DNA of 64,000 nucleotides from Candidatus Rokuibacteriota bacterium (GTDB taxonomy: Bacteria; Methylomirabilota; Methylomirabilia; Rokubacteriales; CSP1-6): positions 3,271-67,270 of the forward strand of contig QHSZ01000023.1 of the NCBI GenBank assembly GCA_003220595.1, read 5' to 3'. Of this stretch, positions 1 through 9,355 are shown in pieces. Both the position numbers and the translations under genes were made by a program. Under the pieces are notes generated by a model. The model had not been told where the DNA came from. It searched no databases and was given only the letters and a program-made list of their open reading frames with translations. Each line of letters opens with the position of its first letter. The first letter of the stretch is position 1.

Positions 1-2182
1 CGATGTTGACGTCGGCCACGCCCGCCGTGCCCTCCATGATGCGCGCGACCTCGCGCGCGAGCGCCTCCGCCGTCGGCAGGTCGTAGCCGAGCAGCTCGAC
101 CGCGATGGCGGTCTCGGAGCCGAAGTTGATGATGCGCGAGACGAGGCCGCCCGCGATGAACTGGTAGCGCGTGCCCGGGAACTGGCCCGCGAACCGCGGC
201 CGGAGGGCGTCGACGATCTGGCGGTCGCTCCGCTTCCGCATGTCGGCGCTCGCCAGGTACACCTGGATCGTCGCGCTGTGGGGGCCCGTGTTGTTCGTGA
301 AGACCGCCGAGCGCCCCTGCGGGATCCCGATGTTCGATACGACCGACGTCAGCTCCTCGGGCTTGAGCGACGCCCGGAGGATCGACTCCATGCCCTTGAC
401 GATCCGCTCGGTCTCCTCGATGCGCGTGCCGATCGGCGCCTTGATGTTGATGCGGAACTGCGCCTCGTCGGAGGCCGGGAAGAACTCCGTGCCGATCAGG
501 GGCCGGAGCCCGAAGGACGGCGCCACGACCAGGAAGAGGCTCCCCGCGAACGTCACGACGACCGAGCCCACGACGAGGCCGCGGTGGCCGAGCGCCCACT
601 CGATGAGCCGCTGGTAGAGCGACTCCATGCGCTCGAAGAAGCGGATGGAGAACCGGAACACGCGATCCTTGAGCCGGCGCGACCCGGGATCGATCGGCTT
701 CTCGGGCTGGAGCACGCGGAGGGCGAGGAGCGGCGTCACCGTCCGCGAGATCAGGAACGAGGCGAACAGCGAGATCGAGATCGTGAAGGTGAGGGGGATG
801 AAGAGGAGCTTGATCTGGCCCTCGAGGAAGACCGTCGGCACGAACACGATGATCGTCGTGATCGTCGCCGAGAAGATCGGCATCGCGACCTCGCGCGCGG
901 CGTCGAGCACGGCCTTGCGGCGCGGGGTGCCGGGGAGGTTCAGGTGCCGGTTGATGTTCTCGAGCTCCACGATCGAGTCGTCCACGAGCCGCCCGACGGC
1001 CAGCGCGAGGCCGCCCAGCGTGAAGACGTTGAGCGTCTGGCCGAGGAAGTACATGCAGATGAAGGACAGCAGGATCGAGAGCGGGATCGCGATCGAGATG
1101 ATCAGCGTCGAGGTGAGCGAGCGCAGGAAGACCAGGATCACGATGAAGGCGAGCGCGGAGCCCTGGATCGCCTCGTGCCAGAGGCTTTCGATCGCCTGCC
1201 GGATGTACACGGACTGGTCGAAGGTGATCCCGACGTTGACCCCCGGCGGGACACCGGTGACCTTCGGCAGGAGCTCGCGGACCTGGTCCACGACCGCAAT
1301 CGTGTTCGCGCCGGGCTGCTTGTTGACGCGCATGAAGACGCCGCGGGAGCCGTCGATGCGCACGACGGCCGTCTGGGTCTCGGCTGAGTCCACGACGTAC
1401 CCGAGGTCCTTGATGTGGATCGGGGTGCCATTGGCGCCCGCCCGCTGGACGACGATGTCGCCCATCGGCTCGAGGATCTTGAACTGGTTGTTCGTGTAGA
1501 TGTTGTAGTCCAGCCGGCCGACCTTGATGTCGCCGGCCGGCAGCAGGAAATTCGACTCGTTCACCGCGCGCACCACGTCCAGGACCGAGAGGCGCTTGGC
1601 GTAGAGCTGGTCCCGGTTCAGGTTCACCGTGATCTGGCGAACCTTCCCGCCGTCCACCGACGCGGAGGCCACGCCGCCCAGACGCTCGAGCTGGGGCTCG
1701 ATCGTGTTGTAGGCGAGGTCGTAGAGCTGTCGCTCGTCGAGCCCGCCGCCGGCTACCGTGACGAGGGCCACCGGGATGTTCGACAGGTCGAACCGCACGA
1801 TGAATGGCTGCTTGATGCCGGTCGGCAGCGAGTTGAGGATCTGCTGGATCCGCTGGATGACCTCGGTCTGGCCGTTGTTGACGTCGGCGCCCCAGTTCAT
1901 CCAGAGCCGGACGGTCGACAGGCCCTGGCGCGACTTCGACTCGACGAACTTCACGTCGCTCACGGCGCTCACGGCCTTCTCGATGGGGTAGGTCACGGTC
2001 TTCTCGATGTCGAGGACGCCCGCGCCGGTGTAGACGGTGCCGATGTTGATGATCGGCAGGTTGATGTTCGGGAAGAGGTCGATCGGGAGGCGGGCGAGGG
2101 CGACGAAGCCGAGGATCGTGATCCCCAGCGACGCCATCAGGACCGCGATGGCGTTCCTCAGCGCCAGGAACGTCATCCACAT
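1..2182 (-). CDS. RND (HAE1/AcrB-type) efflux permease, N-terminal ~727 aa; runs off the window start
   Basis: Minus-strand translation begins MWMTFLALRNAIAVLMASLGITILGF...VRFDLSNIPVALVTVAGGG..., typical of an AcrB N-terminus. It lies directly downstream of the membrane-fusion protein gene with a start/stop overlap. The plus-strand ORFs in the track here are antisense GC artefacts. Confidence 0.85.
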   Translation of the reverse strand, partial: MWMTFLALRNAIAVLMASLGITILGFVALARLPIDLFPNINLPIINIGTVYTGAGVLDIEKTVTYPIEKAVSAVSDVKFVESKSRQGLSTVRLWMNWGADVNNGQTEVIQRIQQILNSLPTGIKQPFIVRFDLSNIPVALVTVAGGGLDERQLYDLAYNTIEPQLERLGGVASASVDGGKVRQITVNLNRDQLYAKRLSVLDVVRAVNESNFLLPAGDIKVGRLDYNIYTNNQFKILEPMGDIVVQRAGANGTPIHIKDLGYVVDSAETQTAVVRIDGSRGVFMRVNKQPGANTIAVVDQVRELLPKVTGVPPGVNVGITFDQSVYIRQAIESLWHEAIQGSALAFIVILVFLRSLTSTLIISIAIPLSILLSFICMYFLGQTLNVFTLGGLALAVGRLVDDSIVELENINRHLNLPGTPRRKAVLDAAREVAMPIFSATITTIIVFVPTVFLEGQIKLLFIPLTFTISISLFASFLISRTVTPLLALRVLQPEKPIDPGSRRLKDRVFRFSIRFFERMESLYQRLIEWALGHRGLVVGSVVVTFAGSLFLVVAPSFGLRPLIGTEFFPASDEAQFRINIKAPIGTRIEETERIVKGMESILRASLKPEELTSVVSNIGIPQGRSAVFTNNTGPHSATIQVYLASADMRKRSDRQIVDALRPRFAGQFPGTRYQFIAGGLVSRIINFGSETAIAVELLGYDLPTAEALAREVARIMEGTAGVADVNI

Positions 2183-2183
2183 G

Positions 2184-3485
2184 CTACTTCTTCACCTCCG
2201 CGCGGACCTTCTGGCCCTCGCGCACGAGCTCCTTGCCGTCGACGATGACCGCCTCGCTGCCCTGGAGCCCCTTCGTCACCTCGACGAGCGTGCCCTCGAC
2301 GGCGCCCGTCGCGATCGTGCGCCGGCCGACGACGCCGCTCGGGTCGACGACGAAGACGACCGGGACGTCGCCCTCGTTGGTGACGGCCTCACTCGGGACG
2401 AGGATCGCGCCCGGATGGCGGTCGATCAAGAGCTCGACGCGCGCGTACATGCCGGGCTTGAGCTGAAGATCCGGGTTGGCGATCTCCATCTCCACGCCGA
2501 GCGTCCGCGTCCGCGGATCGAGGGCGTGGACGATGCGCGTGGCGCGCGCCTCGAAGAGGCGGTCGGGGTAGGCGTCCACGAAGACGCGGGCGGTCGAGCC
2601 GAGCCGCACGAGGGAGATGTGCTTTTCCTGGACCTCGAGCTGCACCTTGACCGACGCGATGTCCTGGAGCATGAGCACGCCGACGGCCTGGGTCGAGGTG
2701 CCGGCCTGCTGGGAGCTCACGGCGGCGCCGGGGTAGAGGTTGCGCGCCGAGATGTAGCCCGCGAACGGCGCGAGGATGCGCGTGTTGTCGAGGTTCGCCT
2801 GGGCGATCTTGAGGAACGCGCGGGCGCCGTCGACGTTCGACTGGGCGAGGACGACCTGGGCCCGCTGGGTCTCGATCTGGCTCCGGGCCGCGGCGAGCTG
2901 GGCCTCGGCGGCCACCAGCGCCGCCTGGGAGGAGTCGGCGTTGGTCCGGGCATTGTCGCGGTCCATCGCCGCGATCAGGCCGCGGCCGTGGAGGTCGTCG
3001 AGGCGCGCGGCGTTCCGGGCGTCGTTGGCGGCCACCGCCCGGGCCTTCACGAGGTTCGCCTCCTGGTTGGCGGCGTTGGCTTTCGCCGACTCGAGGTTCG
3101 AGTCGGCGACCTTCAGATTGGCCTCGGCGGTCGCGACGCTCGTGCGCACCTGCTCGACCGCGGCGGAGAGCTCAGGGGCTTCGATCTCGACGAGGAGCTG
3201 GTCCGGCTTGACGAAGTCGCCGAGGTCGGCGCCGAGGCGTTTGATGTAGCCGCTCACCTTCGAGAAGATCGCGACCTGTTGGTTCGGCAGGACGTCCGCG
3301 GTGTAGGCGAGCTTGACCTCGAGGTCCTTCCGGATCGGCGGCGTGACGCCCACGACGATCTCGAGCTGGCGGTGCGGAATCGCCGCCGCCTGCTGTTTCC
3401 GGACGCGCTCCGCGACGAGGACGGCGACCAGGACCCCGAGGGCCACGAGGACGACGAAGACGCGGTGCCGCCGGATGAAGCTCAT
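2184..3485 (-). CDS. RND efflux membrane-fusion protein (HlyD/AcrA family)
   Basis: 433 aa with an N-terminal TM anchor, a long coiled-coil region (alanine-rich heptads) and biotinyl-lipoyl-like and beta-barrel segments. It sits immediately upstream of the RND permease. Confidence 0.85.
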   Translation of the reverse strand: MSFIRRHRVFVVLVALGVLVAVLVAERVRKQQAAAIPHRQLEIVVGVTPPIRKDLEVKLAYTADVLPNQQVAIFSKVSGYIKRLGADLGDFVKPDQLLVEIEAPELSAAVEQVRTSVATAEANLKVADSNLESAKANAANQEANLVKARAVAANDARNAARLDDLHGRGLIAAMDRDNARTNADSSQAALVAAEAQLAAARSQIETQRAQVVLAQSNVDGARAFLKIAQANLDNTRILAPFAGYISARNLYPGAAVSSQQAGTSTQAVGVLMLQDIASVKVQLEVQEKHISLVRLGSTARVFVDAYPDRLFEARATRIVHALDPRTRTLGVEMEIANPDLQLKPGMYARVELLIDRHPGAILVPSEAVTNEGDVPVVFVVDPSGVVGRRTIATGAVEGTLVEVTKGLQGSEAVIVDGKELVREGQKVRAEVKK

Positions 3486-3522
3486 TAACAGGGCATTTTA
3501 GCATCCAGAGCGCGCGTCTCGT

Positions 3523-3876
3523 TCACGGCTCGCGGCGCTGCTCCGCGGGCGGCCTGATCGCCGCGGGGTACACGGTCAGGCTCCCGTCGGCCGGGTTGAC
3601 CGCGGTCAGCGGGGGCGTCCCGACCTCGTGCGCCGAGATCCAGCGCTCCCAGTGCCCCGGGACGAGCGCCTGCCCTCCCGACGCCAGCGGGACGAAGCGG
3701 TCGGGAACCCAGACCGTGTCGGGCGGGGCGCTCGCGCGGGGCGCGACGGTGGCGATCGGGGCCCGGCTCATCGCGTTGATGTGGTCCACGGCCTGCGACG
3801 TCACCGAGGCGCCGCCCGCGTGGAGCGCGAGCAGCCCTCCGGCGAGCAGCGTCGCGGCGCGGCGGCGCTCACGCAT
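3523..3876 (-). CDS. small secreted protein with a WVPGHWERW motif (resembles the YXWGXW-repeat lipoprotein family)
   Basis: Signal peptide MRERRRAATLLAGGLLALHAGGAS followed by a VWVPDRF...VPGHWERW motif. Its 5' end overlaps the fadD 3' end by 8 nt. Confidence 0.45.
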   Translation of the reverse strand: MRERRRAATLLAGGLLALHAGGASVTSQAVDHINAMSRAPIATVAPRASAPPDTVWVPDRFVPLASGGQALVPGHWERWISAHEVGTPPLTAVNPADGSLTVYPAAIRPPAEQRREP

Positions 3877-5506
3877 CGTTCGGCCTCCTACGCTTGTACC
3901 GCTCGCGCAGGACCTTCTTGTCGAACTTGCCGACGCTCGTCTTCGGCACCGCCTCGATGATCAAGACCTCGTCGGGGAGCGCCCACTTCGCGAGCCGAGG
4001 CCGCAGGAAGTCCACGATCTCTCCGGGCTCGAGCGTCTGGCCCGGTTTCGGCACGACGCACGCGAGCGGGCGCTCGACCCACTTGGGATGGGGCACCGCG
4101 ATGACCGCCGCCTCGAGGACCTTCGGGTGGGACATGATGAGGTTTTCGACGTCCACGCTCGAGATCCACTCGCCGCCCGACTTGATCAGATCCTTCGTGC
4201 GGTCGGTGATCTGGACGTAGCCCTCGGCGTCGATGGTGGCGACGTCGCCGGTCCGGAACCAGCCGTCCGCGGTGAAGCGCTCGGCCGACTCCGGGTTGTC
4301 GTAGTAGGCGCTGACGACCCAGGGCCCGCGGACCTGGAGCTCGCCCATGCTCGCGCCGTCCCAGGGGAGCTCCCTGCCCTCCTCGTCCACGATGCGCGCG
4401 TCCACGCCGACCGACGGATAGCCCACGCGCGCGCGCACCTCGTACTGCGCGTCCTCGGGCCACTGCTTCATGTAGCTCTTGAGCCGTGCGATGGTCCCGA
4501 GGGGCGTCATCTCGGTCATGCCCCACGCGTGCGACATGGTGACGCCGAACTGCCGCCGGTACGCGAGCTGCATCGCCTTCGGCGCCGCCGAGCCGCCGAT
4601 GGCGATCGTCCGCAGGGAGGAGATGTCCCAGCCCTCCTTCTCGCAGAGCTCCTTCACCGCGATCCATACGGTCGGCACCGCGCCGGTGAACGTGACCTTC
4701 TCCTGCTGGACGAGCTCGCAGATGTCGCGCGGCTGGGGGTTCGGCCCCGCGAAGATCTGCGTGCTGCCCACCATGACCGCGGTGAAGGGCAGGCACCAGG
4801 AGTTCGCGTGGAACATCGGCACGATGTGCAGGAGCGTGTCGTCCTCGGAGATCCCGAACGAGTCGGTCATGGCCTGGGCGAGGCAGTGGAGGAACATCGC
4901 GCGGTGCGTGTAGACGACGCCCTTGGGGTTGCCCGTCGTGCCGGACGTGTAACACATGCCCGCGGCGTCGGTCTCGTCGAGCGTGGGCCAGCGGCGGAGC
5001 GGCGAGGCCGCGGCCAGCAGCGCCTCGTACTCGGGGAGCGCCGCGGGCACCCGCGGCTCGGGCGCGTCGCGCATGATCACGATCGTCCGCACGCTCGGGA
5101 TCCGGTCGCGGATCCCCTCGAGGATCGGCCAGAGGCTCGCGTCGGCGAAGATGACCGAGTCGGCGGCGTGGTTGATGATGAAGGTCAGGTCCTGCGGCGC
5201 CAGGCGCAGGTTGAGCGTGTGGAGCACGGCGCCCGAGCAGGGCGCCGCCCAGTAGAGCTCGAGGTGGCGGTGGCTGTTCCAGGCGAGCGTCGCCACGCGG
5301 TCGCCCTTCTTCACGCCGAGCTCGGCGAGCACGCCCGCGAGGCGCAGCGTCCGCTCGGCGAAGTCGGCGTAGGTGTAGCGGAACAGGGGCTGGCCGGGCA
5401 CGCGCGTGGCGAGCCGCTTCTGCGGCCAGAGGCGGCGGCTGCGCTCGAAGAAATGGGTGAGCGTCAGCGGGTAATGCATCATGAGGTTGTGGATGTCGGC
5501 GCCCAT
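3869..5506 (-). CDS. fadD: long-chain fatty-acid--CoA ligase (AMP-dependent synthetase)
   Basis: 545 aa with the AMP-binding motif YTSGTTGNPKGV, a TGD...GY hinge and a C-terminal KxxxGK. Confidence 0.85.
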   Translation of the reverse strand: MGADIHNLMMHYPLTLTHFFERSRRLWPQKRLATRVPGQPLFRYTYADFAERTLRLAGVLAELGVKKGDRVATLAWNSHRHLELYWAAPCSGAVLHTLNLRLAPQDLTFIINHAADSVIFADASLWPILEGIRDRIPSVRTIVIMRDAPEPRVPAALPEYEALLAAASPLRRWPTLDETDAAGMCYTSGTTGNPKGVVYTHRAMFLHCLAQAMTDSFGISEDDTLLHIVPMFHANSWCLPFTAVMVGSTQIFAGPNPQPRDICELVQQEKVTFTGAVPTVWIAVKELCEKEGWDISSLRTIAIGGSAAPKAMQLAYRRQFGVTMSHAWGMTEMTPLGTIARLKSYMKQWPEDAQYEVRARVGYPSVGVDARIVDEEGRELPWDGASMGELQVRGPWVVSAYYDNPESAERFTADGWFRTGDVATIDAEGYVQITDRTKDLIKSGGEWISSVDVENLIMSHPKVLEAAVIAVPHPKWVERPLACVVPKPGQTLEPGEIVDFLRPRLAKWALPDEVLIIEAVPKTSVGKFDKKVLRERYKRRRPNDA

Positions 5507-5533
5507 CGTCCAGAGGCCTCCCCGTGCCCGCGA

Positions 5534-5539
5534 TTATAA
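5534..5539 (-). promoter_or_regulatory. candidate -10 box (TATAAT on the minus strand) for fadD
   Basis: A perfect TATAAT hexamer lies about 30 nt upstream of the fadD start, with a GGGGAGG ribosome-binding site between them. No convincing -35 element was found. Confidence 0.3.
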
Positions 5540-5606
5540 GCTCAGGCGCCGACCGGCCGCCCGGCCGTCCTGAGCGGCCGGGGGATCATGGTATCGTGGT
5601 GCCGCG

Positions 5607-7667
5607 ATGCGGTCCCGCTGGAACGACGCCGACGGAGCACCCCTCGACGCGCTCGACCTGCTCGTCTACGCGTCACGGCTGATCGGCGCCGAGACCTCGC
5701 TCGTCGTCTGGGGCGGTGGTAACACGTCCATCAAGACCGTCGAGCGCGACCACCGGGGCCGCGAGGTGGACGTCCTCCGGGTGAAGGGGAGCGGCTCGGA
5801 TCTCAAGTCGGTCCAGCGCAAGGACTTCCCCGGCGTGCGCATGGACGACATCCGCGCCCTGCTGCCGCGCGAGGACATGGGCGACCAGGAGATGGTGGGT
5901 TACCTCGCCCACGGGCTGATCGACGTGGGCGGCGCGCGTCCCTCGATCGAGACGCTGCTCCACGGGTTCCTCTCCGCGCGCGCCGTCATCCACACCCACG
6001 CGGACGCGATCGTCTCGCTCACCAACCATGACCGCCTCCGCGAGGTCTTCGAGTCGGTCTACGGCAAGGACGTGCTCACGCTCCGGTACCTGCGGCCCGG
6101 CTTCCGCATCTCGCGCGAGGTCGCCGACGCGATCGCCGCGCACCCGGAGGCCAAGGCGCTGGTGCTCGAGCGTCACGGCACGATCACCTGGGGCGCGACC
6201 GTCCGCGACGCCTACGAGGCGACGCTCGAGCTGATCTCCCGGGCCGAGGAGGCGATCGGGGAGGCGTCGCGCGGCCGCCGCGTCTTCGGCGGCCCCCGCG
6301 TCGCCGTGCCGCCGCCCGAGGCGCGGCGTGCCGCGGCCCTCGCCGTGGCCCCGAGGCTCCGCGGGATCCTGGGGCGCGCGCGGCGGGTGGTCGTCGCCTT
6401 CGACGATTCGCCCGCGGTCACCGCGTTCGTGTCGTCCGCCGACGCGCCGCGGCTCTCCCAGGTCGGGCCCGCGACGCCCGACCACACGATCTACACCAAG
6501 CGCCTGCCGTGCTTCGTCGGCCTCGACGGGCCTCGGACGGGTGCCGCGCTCGCGACGGCGATCGAGCGGGCGGTGGACGAGTTCGTCGCCGAGTACACCG
6601 GCTACTTCGACGAGAACCGCTTCGAGGGTGCGGCGCTCACGGACCCTCTGCCGCGCGTCGTGCTGGTGCCCGGCCTCGGCATGTTCACGGCGGGCAAGGA
6701 CCGGCGCACCGCGGGGATCGTGAACGACATTTACCGTCACACGATCGACGTCATCGGCAACGCGTCAGCGTTCGGTGGGTACGTGTCGCTCTCGGCCAAG
6801 GACGCCTTCGACGTCGAGTACTGGCCGCTCGAGCTCTACAAGCTCACGCTGGCCCCGCCGGAGAAGGAGCTCGCCCGTCGCGTCGCCCTCGTGACCGGCG
6901 CCGCGTCGGGGATCGGCCGCGCCGTCGCCCGGCGGCTCGCGGCCGAGGGTGCTCACGTCGTCGTCGGAGACCTCGACGAGGCCGGCGCGCGCAAGACCGC
7001 GGACGAGATCGTCGCCGCGGCGGGCGCGGGCCGGGCGCTCGGCCTCCGCATGGACGTGACGAGCGAGGCGTCGGTCGTGGCGGCGTTCGAGGAAGCGGTG
7101 CTCGCCTACGGGGGCCTCGACGTCCTCGTCTCGAACGCCGGCGTCGCCCACTCGGCCCCGGTGGATCGCATGCGCCTCGCGGACTGGGACGACTCCTTCG
7201 CCGTGAACGCCCGGGGCCACTTCCTCGTCGCGCGTGAGGCGATGCGGCTCCTCATCGCCCAGGGGCTCGGCGGCGCGCTCGTCTTCGTCGCGACCAAGAA
7301 CGTGATGTCCCCCGGCAAAGACTTCGCCGCCTACTCCGCCGCGAAGGCGGCCGAGGCTCAGCTGGCGAAGGTGCTCGCGCTGGAGGGCGCGCCCCACGGC
7401 ATCCGCTCGAACATCGTGAACCCGGACGCGGTCTTCCAGGACTCGAAGCTCTGGTCGGAGGACGTCCGGCGCGAGCGCGCCGCGGCCCAGGGGATCTCGG
7501 TGGGCGAGCTCGAGGAGTTCTACCGCAGGCGCAACCTGCTCGGCGTTCGCATCCTGCCCGAGGACGTCGCCGAGGCGGTCCTGTTCCTCGCCTCGGACCG
7601 GGCGTCGAAGACCACGGGATGCACGCTCACCGTCGACGGCGGCGTGAAGGACGCGTTCCCGCGGTGA
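5607..7667 (+). CDS. bifunctional class II aldolase (rhamnulose-1-phosphate aldolase-like) / short-chain dehydrogenase
   Basis: 686 aa. The N-terminal two-thirds is class-II aldolase/adducin-like. The C-terminal ~250 aa is an SDR with TGAASGIG and YSAAK motifs. Confidence 0.8.
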   Translation: MRSRWNDADGAPLDALDLLVYASRLIGAETSLVVWGGGNTSIKTVERDHRGREVDVLRVKGSGSDLKSVQRKDFPGVRMDDIRALLPREDMGDQEMVGYLAHGLIDVGGARPSIETLLHGFLSARAVIHTHADAIVSLTNHDRLREVFESVYGKDVLTLRYLRPGFRISREVADAIAAHPEAKALVLERHGTITWGATVRDAYEATLELISRAEEAIGEASRGRRVFGGPRVAVPPPEARRAAALAVAPRLRGILGRARRVVVAFDDSPAVTAFVSSADAPRLSQVGPATPDHTIYTKRLPCFVGLDGPRTGAALATAIERAVDEFVAEYTGYFDENRFEGAALTDPLPRVVLVPGLGMFTAGKDRRTAGIVNDIYRHTIDVIGNASAFGGYVSLSAKDAFDVEYWPLELYKLTLAPPEKELARRVALVTGAASGIGRAVARRLAAEGAHVVVGDLDEAGARKTADEIVAAAGAGRALGLRMDVTSEASVVAAFEEAVLAYGGLDVLVSNAGVAHSAPVDRMRLADWDDSFAVNARGHFLVAREAMRLLIAQGLGGALVFVATKNVMSPGKDFAAYSAAKAAEAQLAKVLALEGAPHGIRSNIVNPDAVFQDSKLWSEDVRRERAAAQGISVGELEEFYRRRNLLGVRILPEDVAEAVLFLASDRASKTTGCTLTVDGGVKDAFPR

Positions 7668-7671
7668 GGGG

Positions 7672-8589
7672 GTGATGCGGTTCGGCGTCCAGCTCGGGAT
7701 GCTCCCGCCCGAGGAGCAGTTCGCCCTCGTCCGTCGCGTCGAGGAGCTCGGCTTCGACTCCGTCTGGACCGGGGACCACCTCTCCTTCCACACTCCGCTC
7801 TACGAGTCGTTGACGCTGCTCGCGTCGTACGCGCCGATCACGCGGCGGATCCGGCTGGGCACCGCGGTGTACCTCCTGGCGCTCCGCGCCCCTGCGGTCG
7901 CCGCGAAGATGGCGGCGACGGTCGACGTCCTGTCGGGGGGGCGGCTCGTCTTCGGCGTCGGCGTCGGGGGCGAGAACCCGAAAGAGTTCGAGCTCTGCGG
8001 CGTCCCGCGAAGCGAGCGCGGGGCGCGCGTCAGCGAGGGCATCGACGTCGTGCGGACGCTCTGGCGTGACACGCCCGCGACGTTCGAGGGCCGGTTCACC
8101 CGGTTCAAGGCGGTCTCGATCGACCCGAAGCCCGTCCAGACGCTCCCGCCCATCTGGGTCGGCGGGCGCTCGGACGCGGCGCTCGCCCGGGCTGGCCGGC
8201 AGGGCGACGGCTGGGTCTCCTATGTCGTCCAGCCCGCGCGCTACGCACAGAGCCTCGAGACGATCCGGGCCGCCGCCCACGCGGCCGGCCGTTCGCTCGA
8301 CGGCTTCACCGCCGCGCACCTGGCCTTCGTCACCATCGGCCGCGACTACGCGCAGGCGAAGGCCACGTGGGTCGCCCAGCTCTCGCAGCGTTACGCCCAG
8401 GACTTCGAGCCGCTCGCCGGGAAGTACGGCATCATCGGCACGCCCGCGCAGTGCGCCGAGCAGCTCGCCGCCTTCGCCGAGGCCGGCTGCGTCTACGTCA
8501 TCTGTGACGCGATCGGCGAGCCCCGCGACCGGCGGGCGCAGCTCGAGGCGCTCGCCGCGGACGTGCTCCCGCGCTTCCGTCCGCGCTGA
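7672..8589 (+). CDS. LLM-class (luciferase-like) flavin/F420-dependent oxidoreductase
   Basis: 305 aa TIM-barrel LLM family member (GFDSVWTGDH..., GGR...GVG). Starts at GTG, with ATG one codon later. Confidence 0.75.
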   Translation: MMRFGVQLGMLPPEEQFALVRRVEELGFDSVWTGDHLSFHTPLYESLTLLASYAPITRRIRLGTAVYLLALRAPAVAAKMAATVDVLSGGRLVFGVGVGGENPKEFELCGVPRSERGARVSEGIDVVRTLWRDTPATFEGRFTRFKAVSIDPKPVQTLPPIWVGGRSDAALARAGRQGDGWVSYVVQPARYAQSLETIRAAAHAAGRSLDGFTAAHLAFVTIGRDYAQAKATWVAQLSQRYAQDFEPLAGKYGIIGTPAQCAEQLAAFAEAGCVYVICDAIGEPRDRRAQLEALAADVLPRFRPR

Positions 8590-8592
8590 GCC

Positions 8593-9300
8593 TTGGCGAC
8601 GAAGCCGGTCGAGTGCCGCGCGCGCGTCGTCGCGGTGCGGCGGCTCGTGGCCGAGGTGCTCGAGGCGGACCTCGACATGCTCGAGCCGGCGGAGCTCCCC
8701 TTCGACGCCGGCCAGTGGGTGTCGGTGCCCTTCGGCCCGAAGACCGTCCGCGCCTACTCGATCGCATCCACGCCGGGCTCGCCCCGGCGTCTCACGCTCT
8801 GCGCCGACGTGGCGCCCGGCGGCCCTGGGTCGCGATGGTTCCGCGAGCTGGCCCCGGGCGCCGAGGTCGGCTTCAAGGGGCCGCTCGGCGGGTTCGTGTT
8901 CTCACGCGCCGACCGGCGCCGGCCGCTCTTCGTCGCCGAGGAGATCGGCATCGTCCCCATCCGCTCGATCCTGACCGACCTCTACGACGGGGGCTTCGGG
9001 CGGCCGGCGGCGCTCGTCTACTGGGGGCGCGACCCGGGCTGGCTTGCCTACGACGCGCAGTTCCGCTCGCTGGCACGCCGCTATCCCGGGTTCGCGTACC
9101 ATCCGGTGGTGGCGAGCGCGGCGGGAGCGTGGACGGACGGCGCGAGCGGCCTCGCCGAGGTGGTCGGCCGGCGCGTCCAGGACGTGACCGGTCTGGTGGC
9201 CTACGTCGCGGGCGGCGAGGCGATGATCCACCGGATCCGCGACGTGCTCGTCGCCAGGGGCCTTCCCCGCAAGGCGGTCAAGTGGGAGAAGTTCTGGTGA
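8593..9300 (+). CDS. FNR-like FAD/NAD(P)-binding oxidoreductase (ferredoxin reductase-type flavin reductase)
   Basis: RAYSIAS FAD-binding motif and a GGxGxxP-like NAD-binding segment. Only 3 nt separate it from the LLM gene. The start is uncertain (TTG at 8593 or a downstream GTG). Confidence 0.6.
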   Translation: MATKPVECRARVVAVRRLVAEVLEADLDMLEPAELPFDAGQWVSVPFGPKTVRAYSIASTPGSPRRLTLCADVAPGGPGSRWFRELAPGAEVGFKGPLGGFVFSRADRRRPLFVAEEIGIVPIRSILTDLYDGGFGRPAALVYWGRDPGWLAYDAQFRSLARRYPGFAYHPVVASAAGAWTDGASGLAEVVGRRVQDVTGLVAYVAGGEAMIHRIRDVLVARGLPRKAVKWEKFW

Positions 9301-9355
9301 GCGCGCGCGCGCCGGGGCGCCAGACCGTCTGAAGATCACCTTCCTCTGTCCCCAC

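Noticed and set aside
171-2248. Several long plus-strand ORFs (171-617, 278-1387, 627-1499, 1415-2248) at the window start
   Set aside because: They are antisense to a clearly recognisable AcrB-type RND permease on the minus strand. Their translations are Arg/Asp/Glu-rich low-complexity, typical of a wrong frame in 70% GC DNA.
8066-8974. 302-aa Ser/Arg/Pro-rich ORF and similar Arg-rich ORFs throughout (e.g. 6509-7237, 11280-12225, 12257-13615, 24329-24890)
   Set aside because: These are alternative frames of well-supported genes; their compositional bias is characteristic of off-frame translation in high-GC DNA.
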